Assembly (NCBI GenBank): GCA_022709565.1
Contig: JAKLIO010000001.1
Span: forward strand, 73,927 to 137,926
Reading direction: 5' to 3'
Length of the DNA stretch: 64,000 bases
Origin: Patescibacteria group bacterium
GTDB taxonomy: Bacteria; Patescibacteriota; Minisyncoccia; Moranbacterales; GWC2-37-73
The notes under the pieces: generated by a model
Told to the model about the DNA's origin: nothing
Databases searched by the model: none
Seen by the model: only the letters and a program-made list of their open reading frames with translations
Shown: positions 20,451-31,583 of the stretch, piece after piece
How the letters are laid out: every line of letters starts with the position of its first letter
Numbering within the stretch: position 1 is the stretch's first letter
Translations under genes and position numbers: made by a program

Positions 20451-21236
20451 TTACACACTAAATTTTTTCTTTTCACTTTCATGCTTTTCCAAAATCTCCC
20501 TGACTAAGTTTTTGTATGCCCGGGCACCTTTGGAAAGACTGTCGAAATTTAAAATTGATTTTCCAAAACTCGGCGCTTCCGCCAGCCTGACACTTCTCGG
20601 AATCACGCTTTCAAAAACATGCCCCGGAAAATGATTGCGCATTTCCCTGACAACCTGCCTGGCCAGACGATTACGCTTGTCATACATGGTCAGAACCGCA
20701 CCCATAATTTTCAGGTTTGGTTGCAGATGCTTTTGCACCAATTCAATTGTTTGGAGCAGTTGGCTGAGTCCTTCCAGAGCATAATATTCAGTCTGCACAG
20801 GAATCAAAACCTCATCACTTGCCACCAAACCATTGATTGTCAGAAGGCCTAAGCTTGGAGGACTATCAATTATAATATAGTCATAATCGGTCCTGATTTG
20901 CCGAAGCACGTCGTATAATTTGAATTCCCGATTATCAAAATGCACCATTTCCACGCCTGCGCCCGCCAAATCCTGCGAAGAAGGCAAAAGATCATGCCCT
21001 GAATCTTCCATGCGCATAATCACATTGCGCGGATGTTCGCTGCCAATCAGCGCGTGATATATCCCTTTTTCCAGATTGCGGACATCAATGCCCAGCCCGG
21101 AAGAAGCGTTACCCTGAGGATCCAAATCAACCAACAGCACCAGCTTTCCGGCATCAGCCAAATATGTCGCGATGTTTATTGCGGTTGTAGTCTTGCCGAC
21201 TCCTCCTTTTTGGTTTATAAGCGAAATTATTTTAGC
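20451..21236 (-). CDS. parA: Chromosome partitioning ATPase ParA/Soj
   Basis: The deviant Walker A motif KGGVGKTTT follows MAKIISLINQ. I prefer the start at 21236 over the ORF-track start at 21293. Confidence 0.9.
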   Translation of the reverse strand, partial: AKIISLINQKGGVGKTTTAINIATYLADAGKLVLLVDLDPQGNASSGLGIDVRNLEKGIYHALIGSEHPRNVIMRMEDSGHDLLPSSQDLAGAGVEMVHFDNREFKLYDVLRQIRTDYDYIIIDSPPSLGLLTINGLVASDEVLIPVQTEYYALEGLSQLLQTIELVQKHLQPNLKIMGAVLTMYDKRNRLARQVVREMRNHFPGHVFESVIPRSVRLAEAPSFGKSILNFDSLSKGARAYKNLVREILEKHESEKKKFSV

Positions 21237-21338
21237 CATATAATCTTTTAATGTTTTAATCTTAGCACATTGACAAACTAGTTTCAAATACATATTATAA
21301 AGAAGTTACCATGCCTTAAATAAGCCAACAGACACAAG

Positions 21339-21420
21339 CCCGAGTGGTGAAATTGGTATACACGCACGACTCAAAATCGTGTGGCGCAAGCCATGAGAGT
21401 TCGAGTCTCTCTTCGGGCAC
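21339..21420 (+). tRNA. tRNA-Leu (anticodon CAA), type II with a long variable arm
   Basis: GCCCGAG...CTCGGGC acceptor stem, anticodon arm CACGA-CUCAAAA-UCGUG, variable hairpin TGGCgcaaGCCA, and T-arm GAGAG-TTCGAGT-CTCTC. Confidence 0.8.
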
Positions 21421-21440
21421 AAAGTTAAGCACGCTTGTCC

Positions 21441-21500
21441 GCCTTGGGCGGAACTCAAAATCGTGTGACGCAAGTCTTGTGGGTTTTTATCCCGCACCGA
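21441..21500 (+). other. Partial tRNA-Leu-like duplicate (anticodon loop and variable arm segment only). Possible remnant or small RNA.
   Basis: aactcaaaatcgtgtgacgcaagtc matches 25 of 27 nt from the middle of the adjacent tRNA-Leu. It is not foldable into a cloverleaf, having neither a T-loop nor an acceptor stem. It is preceded by the hairpin TCCGCCttgGGCGGA. Confidence 0.4.
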
Positions 21501-21564
21501 GCTTCTTGTCCCGTAGTCAACTTGCTGTACTACTGGGATGCTCTGGTGCCGGGACAACTCCCAC

Positions 21565-21597
21565 CATCGGCACACAAAAAATCCCGCCATTATTAGC
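21565..21597. terminator. Bidirectional Rho-independent terminator
   Basis: AATCCCGCcattattaGCGGGATT, with AAAAAA before it and TTTTTT after it. Confidence 0.7.
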
Positions 21598-21618
21598 GGG
21601 ATTTTTTAATTCAAGTTG

Positions 21619-22128
21619 CTATTTTCTTTTTGCTTTCTTTATCGCTCTTGGCCTGATTTTTACAGCCTGCTTTACTACATGGACAGAGGGCTTATTTTTT
21701 TTATTGCGCAAATTTTTGATTACCCTTTTGACAATGACAAACAGGATGGCCAGTAAAGTTATCAAGAAAATCGATTTGATTGCTAAAATTAGCCAAATAT
21801 TATCCCGCAAGTCCTGTCCGCCATAACTATTTGTGCTGAAAATATTTCCGAACCTGAAAAATCTTTTTCCATCTTTTTTATGATTAGTGGTGGCTGCAGC
21901 TCCCGAGGCAGAAACTTCATTCGAATTAGGCCGATTTAGATTCTGTCCACTGCCGCACGCAGTTATGTTCGTATTTGCATAAATAACTCTTTCCATTTTT
22001 TCTATCTTCCAATACGCCACTAAAATCCCGATTGCTAATATTGCAATTAAAACAACGGCCGTGCCGATTGCAATTGCCATTTTATTGCTAATTTTTCCGG
22101 CAAGAAAATTTATTTTTGTTTTTAACAT
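21619..22128 (-). CDS. Hypothetical membrane protein (2 transmembrane helices) with a basic C-terminus
   Basis: Hydrophobic segments AIAIGTAVVLIAILAIGILVAY and IWLILAIKSIFLITLLAILFVIV. Confidence 0.5.
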   Translation of the reverse strand: MLKTKINFLAGKISNKMAIAIGTAVVLIAILAIGILVAYWKIEKMERVIYANTNITACGSGQNLNRPNSNEVSASGAAATTNHKKDGKRFFRFGNIFSTNSYGGQDLRDNIWLILAIKSIFLITLLAILFVIVKRVIKNLRNKKNKPSVHVVKQAVKIRPRAIKKAKRK

Positions 22129-22276
22129 TTTTTCTTTTAGCTAAGCTTGAACCTCTTGCGAAGAAACAAACCTGCTCTTTTTATTTTTTATATTTAAAAT
22201 TATAACACACTTTGCAAAAAAAGAAAAAACATCCCGCCAATTTGGAGATGCTTTTCTGGCAATAAATTGCAAAAAA

Positions 22277-22720
22277 TTAGACAATTCGGACAAAATTAAT
22301 ATCATTCTGATCGTTTTCCAACTTTGCGTAAACTAAAATAATTTCTTTATCCGGATACTTGGCTGATAATTTTTCTTTGGCTTTTTGAAGTTCTTCCGTA
22401 TGAAATTTTTGTTCAGCCTCGCCATCACCACTCCATTTTGCTGATCCGCCATAAGCGCCGCAGTCCTGATGATTTACAATGACAATTTTTTTGGCATGAT
22501 GCAGATTGACAGGAACGTCTATGCAGCCAAAAACAAATGTTTCATCTTGACTTTCGTTGATAGCCTTAGCGGCACCGGGCAGTGACGGAAAATCAAAACT
22601 TTTTATCACCAATTCTTTTTCCACAAATTCCACAGTTTCTTTCCAAAAACGGAAATCGATGCAAGCGAGAACTACAGCCTCACAAGCATGCATATTTTTA
22701 AATTTGAATGACGTTTTCAT
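22277..22720 (-). CDS. Minimal beta-class carbonic anhydrase-like protein
   Basis: The zinc-ligand motifs sit at the expected spacing: CxDxR (VLACIDFRF) and HxxCG (VNHQDCGAYGG). At 147 aa it would be at the short extreme for this family. Confidence 0.5.
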   Translation of the reverse strand: MKTSFKFKNMHACEAVVLACIDFRFWKETVEFVEKELVIKSFDFPSLPGAAKAINESQDETFVFGCIDVPVNLHHAKKIVIVNHQDCGAYGGSAKWSGDGEAEQKFHTEELQKAKEKLSAKYPDKEIILVYAKLENDQNDINFVRIV

Positions 22721-22726
22721 ATTTTT

Positions 22727-23167
22727 TTAATCAATTTTTATTCCATGTTTGTTGTGATGCTTCTTGGCCACTCTGACACGCGCCCATTCTTTTTCAATTG
22801 CGGCGGCTACTTTTGCATATTCCATTTCACTCATAGTAACTTTTTCATTTTTTAGTTCTTCTGCCCTTCTTCTGGCTGTTTCTTCAGCACGTTTTACGTC
22901 AATTTCTGAAGCATGTTCCGCCGTGTCCGCCAGCACAATAAGAATGTCGTCCTTGAATTCGATAAAACCCCCTGATGTTACCATTAGTATCTCTTTTCCG
23001 TCATTCTTCAGGATTATTTCTCCCGGCTTAAGGGCTGCAATATAGTTGTAGTGTTTAGGAAGTATCGTAACATATCCATTAGCAACCGGCAGCGTCGCTT
23101 GGTCAACCTCCGCATCATATGCAGTGCGTTCAGGAGTAACGATCTTGAAACTAATTTTTTGAGACAT
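22727..23167 (-). CDS. atpC: F1 ATP synthase epsilon subunit
   Basis: IVTPERTAYDAEV...PGEIIL...GGFIEF fits the epsilon N-domain. It is the last gene of the atp operon. Confidence 0.85.
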   Translation of the reverse strand: MSQKISFKIVTPERTAYDAEVDQATLPVANGYVTILPKHYNYIAALKPGEIILKNDGKEILMVTSGGFIEFKDDILIVLADTAEHASEIDVKRAEETARRRAEELKNEKVTMSEMEYAKVAAAIEKEWARVRVAKKHHNKHGIKID

Positions 23168-23320
23168 AAACTATTCCTAATTTTCAATTTTCAATTTTCA
23201 ATTTTCAAACAATTATTTAATTTTTCAATTTATAAATTGCTTAAAAAATTTAGTCATTTAATCATTGGAAATTTTTTAGAAATTAGAAATTACGACTTAG
23301 AAATTACGAAATTAAAAAAT

Positions 23321-24724
<1,404 letters not shown>

Positions 24725-24746
24725 TTAAATTATTTACAATAAAAAA

Positions 24747-25706
24747 TTATTCCAGAGCAGCGCGGCCTGCGCTGATCTCTGCGATTTCCTGCGTAATCTT
24801 TCCCTGCCTGATCTGATTATATGCCAATGTCAAATCGTCCGACATTTCTCCCGCCGCGTCTGTCGCATTTCTCATTGCCATCATGCGCGCGCTCTGCTCC
24901 GATGCCTGCGATTCCAGAATCGCGTGAAAAAGTTGCATCTTAATGATACGCGGCACAATAAAATCCAAAACTTCCCGAGGACTTGGCTCTACTTTATATT
25001 CTACTTTTGTCTCTTCCAAACCATATTCTTTGGCAATTACATCCATTTCCGCAATTTGTTTTTCCATATCAATCTTAGAAATCGGCAGGATCTGGCGGAT
25101 TCGCGTCTGTTGGACAACCGTTGAAATATAATCCGTATACACCACCACCACTTTGTCATATTTTTTCGCCAAATAATCATCAATAACAATTTTAGACAGC
25201 GGTCTAACATCAACAGATGAAATAAACTGCCCGCCATCCGCGAAAGAAGCTATAATTTCTTTCTCTAATCTGCGCACTATATTCTCACCCTTTTTTCCGA
25301 TTGTTATAAAATCTATCTTCAAATCCTCATTTTTTACTTTTGAATCAATCTTTTTTCCGGCAATCCTGTTGATTTTCAATTTTTCCGGATGCGCGATTTC
25401 ATCTCTTAGTTTTTTGGAAATTTGAGTGTTGAACGATCCACAAAGACCACGATTAGAGGAAACAACCACGACTAGTACGCTTTTCACTTCTCTTATCTCC
25501 AAAAGTCCGTTTTCTTGATATTTTTCAAAAGCCCTGGCCATATTAGTCAGCACGCTCCAGGCTGCATGCGCGTATGGACGGATGCTAAGCACGCTAGACA
25601 CAGCGCGGCGCATTTTGGCAGCGCTAACCATCTCCATGGCCTTGGTGATTTTTTTGGTGCTATTGATAGATTTTATTCGACGTCTGATGTCTTTGCTTGA
25701 TGCCAT
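24747..25706 (-). CDS. atpG: F1 ATP synthase gamma subunit
   Basis: MASSKDIRRRIKSINSTKKITKAMEMVSAAKMRRA. Operon position. Confidence 0.9.
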   Translation of the reverse strand: MASSKDIRRRIKSINSTKKITKAMEMVSAAKMRRAVSSVLSIRPYAHAAWSVLTNMARAFEKYQENGLLEIREVKSVLVVVVSSNRGLCGSFNTQISKKLRDEIAHPEKLKINRIAGKKIDSKVKNEDLKIDFITIGKKGENIVRRLEKEIIASFADGGQFISSVDVRPLSKIVIDDYLAKKYDKVVVVYTDYISTVVQQTRIRQILPISKIDMEKQIAEMDVIAKEYGLEETKVEYKVEPSPREVLDFIVPRIIKMQLFHAILESQASEQSARMMAMRNATDAAGEMSDDLTLAYNQIRQGKITQEIAEISAGRAALE

Positions 25707-25718
25707 AAGCTTTACTTA

Positions 25719-27230
25719 TTATTGATATGTTTCTTTAAACTCTTTAATTGCTTTTTCTAAAACTTTTATCACATCGTCGCTCAATTCTTTCTTTTCACTG
25801 ATCAATTTGACAACATCTTTTGCCTGCGCATCTAAAAATTTATGAAAATCATTTTCCCATTGTTTGATTTCTTCCACTGGCACATCATCCACAAAACCAT
25901 TTGCCAAAGCATAGAGAATTGCGACTTGATGTTCCACTGTCATCGGTTCGTATTGCCCTTGTTTCAAAATTTCTACCGTTCGGCGCCCGCGTTCAATTTG
26001 AGCCTTGGTTTTTTCATCCAAATCTGATCCGAATTGAGCAAATGCTTCGAGTTCTCTAAACTGCGCCAAATCCAATTTCAGTTTGCCGGCTACTTTTTTC
26101 ATGGCTTTAATCTGCGCGCTGGATCCCACTCGGGAAACTGAAATTCCCACATTCAATGCCGGTCTGACTCCTTTGTAGAATAAATCTGATTCCAAAAATA
26201 TCTGTCCGTCAGTGATAGAAATAACATTAGTCGGAATGTAGGCCGAAACATCTCCGGCTTGCGTTTCAATAATTGGAAGTGCTGTCATCGAGCCACCACC
26301 AAAATCTTCATTCAGTTTCGCACTCCTCTCCAGAAGGCGTGAGTGCAGATAGAAAACATCTCCAGGATAAGCTTCGCGTCCAGGTGGACGTTTCAAAATT
26401 AAAGAAATTTGTCGGTACGCCCAAGCATGACGAGAAAGATCATCAAAAACAATCAGCACGTCTTCACCTTTGTCCATGAAATATTCTCCCAACGCGCAAC
26501 CAGAATAGGGCGCAATATATGAGAGCGCCGCACTGTCTGATGCGCCGGCAATGATGATGGTTGTATATTCCATAGCGCCAGCTTTTTCCAATTCACCCAA
26601 GATGCGCGCAATTTTTGATTCTTTCTGTCCGACAGCCACATAGATGCATTTCATATTCTGTCCTTTCTGATTGATAATTGTGTCAATCGCAATCGCAGTT
26701 TTACCGGTTTGGCGGTCACCGATTATGAGTTCTCTTTGTCCGCGCCCGATTGGAATCAAAGCATCAATGGCCTTAATACCTGTTTGTACTGGCTGATTCA
26801 CGGATTTTCTAGTAATGACCCCCGGCGCAATTTTTTCCACTGGATAATATTTGTCCGTTTTAATATCTCCTTTAGCATCAACTGGAATTCCCAACGGATT
26901 AATAACTCGCCCCATCATTGCTTCAGAAACAGGAATAGAAAGAATTTTCCCGGTCGCTTTCACTTCGTCGCCTTCTTTGATGCCGATAAAATTTCCCAGC
27001 ACCATCACGCCGACTCGATCTTCTTCGAGATTAAGCGCTACTCCGATTTCGCCACCGGGAAATTCCACCATTTCCGAAGCCATGATGTCAGAAAGTCCGC
27101 TGATGCGAGCCACGCCATCACCCACTTCCACAACCTTGCCGACTTTTTCCGTCGTCACTTCGGTTTTGAAGTTTTCAATCTGTTTTTTAAGCTGTTCGAC
27201 AATAAAATCTTTGTTCATAATTTTCAGCAT
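25719..27230 (-). CDS. atpA: F1 ATP synthase alpha subunit
   Basis: [20 protein letters not shown] Walker A. 503 aa. Confidence 0.95.
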   Translation of the reverse strand: MLKIMNKDFIVEQLKKQIENFKTEVTTEKVGKVVEVGDGVARISGLSDIMASEMVEFPGGEIGVALNLEEDRVGVMVLGNFIGIKEGDEVKATGKILSIPVSEAMMGRVINPLGIPVDAKGDIKTDKYYPVEKIAPGVITRKSVNQPVQTGIKAIDALIPIGRGQRELIIGDRQTGKTAIAIDTIINQKGQNMKCIYVAVGQKESKIARILGELEKAGAMEYTTIIIAGASDSAALSYIAPYSGCALGEYFMDKGEDVLIVFDDLSRHAWAYRQISLILKRPPGREAYPGDVFYLHSRLLERSAKLNEDFGGGSMTALPIIETQAGDVSAYIPTNVISITDGQIFLESDLFYKGVRPALNVGISVSRVGSSAQIKAMKKVAGKLKLDLAQFRELEAFAQFGSDLDEKTKAQIERGRRTVEILKQGQYEPMTVEHQVAILYALANGFVDDVPVEEIKQWENDFHKFLDAQAKDVVKLISEKKELSDDVIKVLEKAIKEFKETYQ

Positions 27231-27322
27231 TCAGTATTCAGAATTCAGTATTCAGCATTTCGCTGCATATTGTACACTGTATACTGTTTCTATAAAATAA
27301 ACTTATAAAAAATTTAAACTTT

Positions 27323-27724
27323 TTAGCTTACTAAATTTTTTCTCAATCTTTTCAATTGACCCCCTACTGATCCATCCAAAACTTCATCCCCGACTTTAAT
27401 GATTATTCCGCCTTTGATTTTTTCATCCACAATATTTTTCACTATAACTTCCTTGGCAGAATATTTCTCCTTAATAAAATTTTCAACTTGCTGAATCTTG
27501 TCACGTGATAGCTCACGTGAGGAAATTACGTTCGCTTCCACAATTCCATGCTTCGCATTATAAATTTCGGAAAATTTTTCCATGATTTTTCCGGCATTCT
27601 TGATCTGCCCGTCTTTTTTGAGAACTTCAGCAAATTTTTTCACCACATCAGAAACAGCCTGTTCAGTTTTCCTGTCAGTTAGCTCTAGAAGTGTTTTTGC
27701 GTATTGCTGAACTGTAATTTTCAT
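27323..27724 (-). CDS. atpH: F1 ATP synthase delta (OSCP) subunit
   Basis: Delta-like sequence ...YAKTLLEL...GGIIIKVGDEVLDGSV... Operon position. Confidence 0.8.
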   Translation of the reverse strand: MKITVQQYAKTLLELTDRKTEQAVSDVVKKFAEVLKKDGQIKNAGKIMEKFSEIYNAKHGIVEANVISSRELSRDKIQQVENFIKEKYSAKEVIVKNIVDEKIKGGIIIKVGDEVLDGSVGGQLKRLRKNLVS

Positions 27725-28213
27725 CTATTTTATGGCTTTTTCAATAATTTCCTTATCTTTTTGATTGTCCATTTTTTCATCAATAACTTTTCCGGTGGCT
27801 GCGATAACCAATTCCGCCACTTGCGTTTTCACTTCGGCAAACATTTTGTTTTTTTCAATTTCAATCGTTTTTCCCGCATCGGCTAGAATTTTCTCTGATT
27901 GCTGCTTAGCTGAAACAACAATTTCTTCTTTGCTTTTAACAGCAACTTCTTCCGCTCTGGCAATAATTTCTTGTGCTTGTTTTCTGGCTCTTACTAGAAT
28001 AACTTTTTCTTTTTCTGTGATTTCAATTATCTTTTTATGCGCGCTTTCCGCGTCCTTGATGCCTTTTTCAATTTTCTCCGATCTGTCTGACATGAGTTTT
28101 ATCATCGGACCATAGGCGAATTTTTTCAGCACGAAAAAAATAATCGCAAAATTCACCAGCTGCGCCAGAATAAGTTTCCAATCAATATGAAATGTTTTTA
28201 TGATTTCTTCCAT
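27725..28213 (-). CDS. atpF: Fo ATP synthase subunit b
   Basis: Single N-terminal transmembrane helix followed by a long charged helix. Abuts atpH. Confidence 0.8.
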   Translation of the reverse strand: MEEIIKTFHIDWKLILAQLVNFAIIFFVLKKFAYGPMIKLMSDRSEKIEKGIKDAESAHKKIIEITEKEKVILVRARKQAQEIIARAEEVAVKSKEEIVVSAKQQSEKILADAGKTIEIEKNKMFAEVKTQVAELVIAATGKVIDEKMDNQKDKEIIEKAIK

Positions 28214-28354
28214 GTGTCAGTAATCAGTAACCAGTAATCAGTAACCAGTAAAAACTGTACGCTGAATGCTGTATACTGCATGTTTATGTTTTATATTAAA
28301 ATATTTTCTTTTTGGCACCCCACTTAATAAAAATGAGGAGCCATAACAAAACAT

Positions 28355-28594
<240 letters not shown>

Positions 28595-28764
28595 TCAGCT
28601 ATATTTTCTCCTCTTTGGGGAAGATAGATGATGCATGCATTAAATTAATAATAATTTCTAATTTTCAATTTCTAATTTCTAAACAATTTCTAATGATTCA
28701 ATTTGTAAATTTGAAAATTTAAAGCATTGTTTGAAAATTGAAAATTGAGAATTGAAAATTATTT

Positions 28765-29628
28765 CTAATGCTCTTCGGCAGTAGTAGCTATACTCATAAA
28801 CACCAACGCCAGAATCGCAAAAACCAAGGCCTGAACTATTCCAACAATAATTTCCAAAAACATAAACGGCAGTGGCAACATAAAAGCGAAAATAGCCATC
28901 ATTGATCCCAGCAAAACTTCTCCGGCAAAAATATTGCCGAAAAGCCGAAGACTAAGCGATGCCACCTTGGCAATTTCCCCAATAAATTCAATAACGCTGA
29001 CAAAAGCCTTGATTGGATTAACTATCAAAACCATCGGATCTTTACGAACATGACCAGCTATCTGCAAAAATGCTTTAAAATTGATAAATTTATTCAAATG
29101 ATTCCAAACTCCGATCCAGACAACCCCCAAAATATGCGACAATATGACGGCGAACAATGAGAGAGCCAGTGTTGTGTTGAGATCAGCTGTTCCGCCTCTA
29201 AGGTATGGCACGAAAGCGCTGTGGCCATTGGCTGTTTCCACAAATCCGATTGTGCCCACTCCCGGCAATAGCCCCAGCCAATTATTGACTAAAATGAAAA
29301 GGAACAACGCCAGCACTACCGGCAAAAATTTTACGGTTTTCTTGCGATCCCCTGTTGCACTGTCAGCCATGTCCAAAGCTTGCTCCAAAATAATTTCAAA
29401 AAAATTCTGAATGCCTTTGGGCGCCTTTCTGACTTTTCCTTTTTTGACTATTTTTTTTCCAACCAATATGAAAAATGTCACCAAAATAATCACTGTCAGC
29501 CAACTCATGATCAGGGAGTTTGTAATAGTAAAATTTCCAATATGTGCAATTGGTTCAGAAAACAGAGTAATCTCATGACTTACTTCCTGCGGGACTTGCG
29601 TATTTTCTTGTACATTTTCTGCAGACAT
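28765..29628 (-). CDS. atpB: Fo ATP synthase subunit a
   Basis: Conserved LSLRLFGNIFAGEVLL helix with the essential Arg. Polytopic membrane protein. Confidence 0.9.
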   Translation of the reverse strand: MSAENVQENTQVPQEVSHEITLFSEPIAHIGNFTITNSLIMSWLTVIILVTFFILVGKKIVKKGKVRKAPKGIQNFFEIILEQALDMADSATGDRKKTVKFLPVVLALFLFILVNNWLGLLPGVGTIGFVETANGHSAFVPYLRGGTADLNTTLALSLFAVILSHILGVVWIGVWNHLNKFINFKAFLQIAGHVRKDPMVLIVNPIKAFVSVIEFIGEIAKVASLSLRLFGNIFAGEVLLGSMMAIFAFMLPLPFMFLEIIVGIVQALVFAILALVFMSIATTAEEH

Positions 29629-29793
29629 ATTTTTGATAGCTAAAGCACAAGAAAAAAATTACCGGTTTTATGAGAGACAAGCAATTTTCAACAATCGAGT
29701 TTGAAAATTCAAACTTTTGTTTATTGGCTATTGCATTTTTCGCTAACCGGCGAATTTTTATATTTATGCAAGCTTGTTTTTAGCCCTTCTTTA

Positions 29794-30027
29794 CTAGAGA
29801 TTTTCCATTTCTTTCATCCCGATTATAATGATCTCAACTATCGATAATACGAATGAAAAACCGATACAAAATAAGAACAACCATGGCTCAGAGTGAAATT
29901 TTCTATCTAAAAATTTTCCGATAAAAGCTCCAGCAACCGCCGGAAAACAGATCCAGCAACTCATCTTGAAAAAGAGAGCCAGCTCTCGATGCCATCCGGG
30001 AACATTTTTTTTCTGTTGCTCTTCCAT
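29794..30027 (-). CDS. Small membrane protein, AtpI/AtpZ-like, upstream of atpB
   Basis: 77 aa with 2 transmembrane helices. It occupies the position held by atpI/atpZ in many operons. The assignment is by synteny only. Confidence 0.4.
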   Translation of the reverse strand: MEEQQKKNVPGWHRELALFFKMSCWICFPAVAGAFIGKFLDRKFHSEPWLFLFCIGFSFVLSIVEIIIIGMKEMENL

Positions 30028-30201
30028 CTCGAATAAATTTTAAATATCAATGGTTCCCATTATCTCTCAAAATTCGAGTTAAGTCAAGAGTCGATTTTTC
30101 AAAAAACTATCATTTCCAGACCAAAATAGCGATATGAATATCAAGGCGAGCAACAAGGAAAAAAGCCAGCTATTGGCTCTTTGGCTGGCATATTTTCAAT
30201 T

Positions 30202-31116
30202 TTATAAAATATCTAGCGATAATTTGGCATTCTGTGTTGTTTTTTCAGCCACTTCTGCCAGGGGAATATTTTTCACCGTCGCGATTTTTTCCGCCACCAG
30301 TTTCACGAAAATCGGTTCATTGCGCTCGCCTTTATGCGGGACGGGTGTCAAATATGGGCAGTCAGTTTCAATAACGATATTTGCAAGATCAATTTCCTTG
30401 ATCAAGCGATCATAACTTTCACTATAAGTAATGATGCCATTAATCCCAATTTTGTAGCCCATTTCAATGAATTTATTGGCAGTTTTATGACTCCCGACGA
30501 AGCTATGCACAATTCCTTTCCTTGCAACTGAATATTTCTGCAAAATTTCCAAAAGATCGTCATACGCATCCGTTCGGGTGTGAACGAGCTCCTTGCGAGA
30601 CTTTACGCCCCAGCAGTGCAATACTATCGGCTTGTTCACTTCATTAGCCATTTTAATAAATTTTATCAAAACTTCTTTTTGCTGTTTTTTTAACTCTTCA
30701 ATGTTATCGCCTTCATCAAAGTGATGGTAGTCCAACCCAACCTCCCCAATCGCCACCACTTTTTCATCCCGAGCCAGTTCCAGATATTTTTCATATTCAA
30801 ATTCTTCGCCTTTGGTTTTTATTTCCCCGCCTCGCGTCGACAAGCGGTCTCCGCGAGTCGAGGCGGGCACTTCATCCAACTCTCCCGGATCATTATATTT
30901 AAAAGCTCCCGCTTTGAGATGCACTGGATGAATTCCGATTGCAGCAAAAATGCCAGTTTCAAATTTGTGCGCATATTCAACCGCCCGCTGGCTGGTCGAA
31001 TATTGCGAACCGACATTCACAACAAAAACGCCCTCGGCGAGGCATTTTTTGAGAACTTCTTCTCCGTCTTCCTTGAAAGCGGAAAAATTCACGTGAGCAT
31101 GAGAATCGAAAAACAT
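30202..31116 (-). CDS. tatD: TatD-family metal-dependent hydrolase/DNase carrying an in-frame insertion
   Basis: MFFDSHAHVNF start, ...IGIHPVH... and AIGEVGLDYHH motifs. The insertion of about 25-30 aa (PASTRGDRLSTRGGEIKTKGEEFEYEKY) is partly encoded by a GC-rich palindrome at 30826-30872. Confidence 0.85.
   Translation of the reverse strand: MFFDSHAHVNFSAFKEDGEEVLKKCLAEGVFVVNVGSQYSTSQRAVEYAHKFETGIFAAIGIHPVHLKAGAFKYNDPGELDEVPASTRGDRLSTRGGEIKTKGEEFEYEKYLELARDEKVVAIGEVGLDYHHFDEGDNIEELKKQQKEVLIKFIKMANEVNKPIVLHCWGVKSRKELVHTRTDAYDDLLEILQKYSVARKGIVHSFVGSHKTANKFIEMGYKIGINGIITYSESYDRLIKEIDLANIVIETDCPYLTPVPHKGERNEPIFVKLVAEKIATVKNIPLAEVAEKTTQNAKLSLDIL
30826..30872. repeat. GC-rich palindromic element, copy 1. 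It lies inside the tatD coding sequence, in frame.
   Basis: CCCGCCTCGcgtcgacaagcggtctccgcgagtCGAGGCGGG. It is about 90% identical to the copy at 55918-55965, and its GC content is far above the local about 35%. Confidence 0.6.
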
Positions 31117-31129
31117 TTTTATTTAAAAA

Positions 31130-31516
31130 CTATTTAATTTTATTAAGATTACCGCTAAGAATAACGGGTTTCATCGCCAAAATTTCATCCTTAAAGGAAA
31201 CTTCTGGAACTCCCTGCAAGATAAACAATTTTTTGCCTAAAGCGTGAGCAAATCCCATTTCCAGAAAAGAGCTTCCGCTGATGTAGTTTTTCCGACCATC
31301 TTTTTCATAGGTATTAACTATAAGCAAGGCATCGCTTTTTTTAAGCTTTTCAAAAAAAGACAGTCTGTATTTTTCTTTCTTTTTTTCATTTTTCTCCTCC
31401 AGCTGATCAAGATACTTAAAAACCGGAGTTACCTCGTGTTCCTGGGCTTCTAATTTCTCTTGAACCTCCATAATGTCCGGGAGTATATAAGCGTTGCCGC
31501 TAACTACAATTTTCAT
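31130..31516 (-). CDS. Nucleoside 2-deoxyribosyltransferase-like (Rossmann-like) protein
   Basis: LLIVN...ISGSSFLEMGFAHALGKKLFIL resembles the N-deoxyribosyltransferase family motif D-x-G-T-x-F-E-x-G. The assignment is weak. Confidence 0.3.
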   Translation of the reverse strand: MKIVVSGNAYILPDIMEVQEKLEAQEHEVTPVFKYLDQLEEKNEKKKEKYRLSFFEKLKKSDALLIVNTYEKDGRKNYISGSSFLEMGFAHALGKKLFILQGVPEVSFKDEILAMKPVILSGNLNKIK

Positions 31517-31583
31517 AAATCTGTAAAATTATTGTTTATTATGCATTCTACAGTTATATACAAACAAAAATAGGATTTATTCT

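Noticed and set aside
21306-21826. ORF-track entries 21306..21590 (-) and 21344..21826 (+).
   Set aside because: They overlap tRNA-Leu, its partial duplicate and a bidirectional terminator. They have no ribosome binding site and no coding periodicity. They are spurious.
23170-23320. Runs of short direct repeats (attttca x4, tagaaattacga x2, and similar runs at 27231-27300, 28214-28260 and 28640-28760) were considered as possible CRISPR arrays.
   Set aside because: The units are only 6-12 nt and directly tandem, with no unique spacers of 25-40 nt, and there are no cas genes nearby. These are simple tandem repeats and are reported as a repeat family instead.
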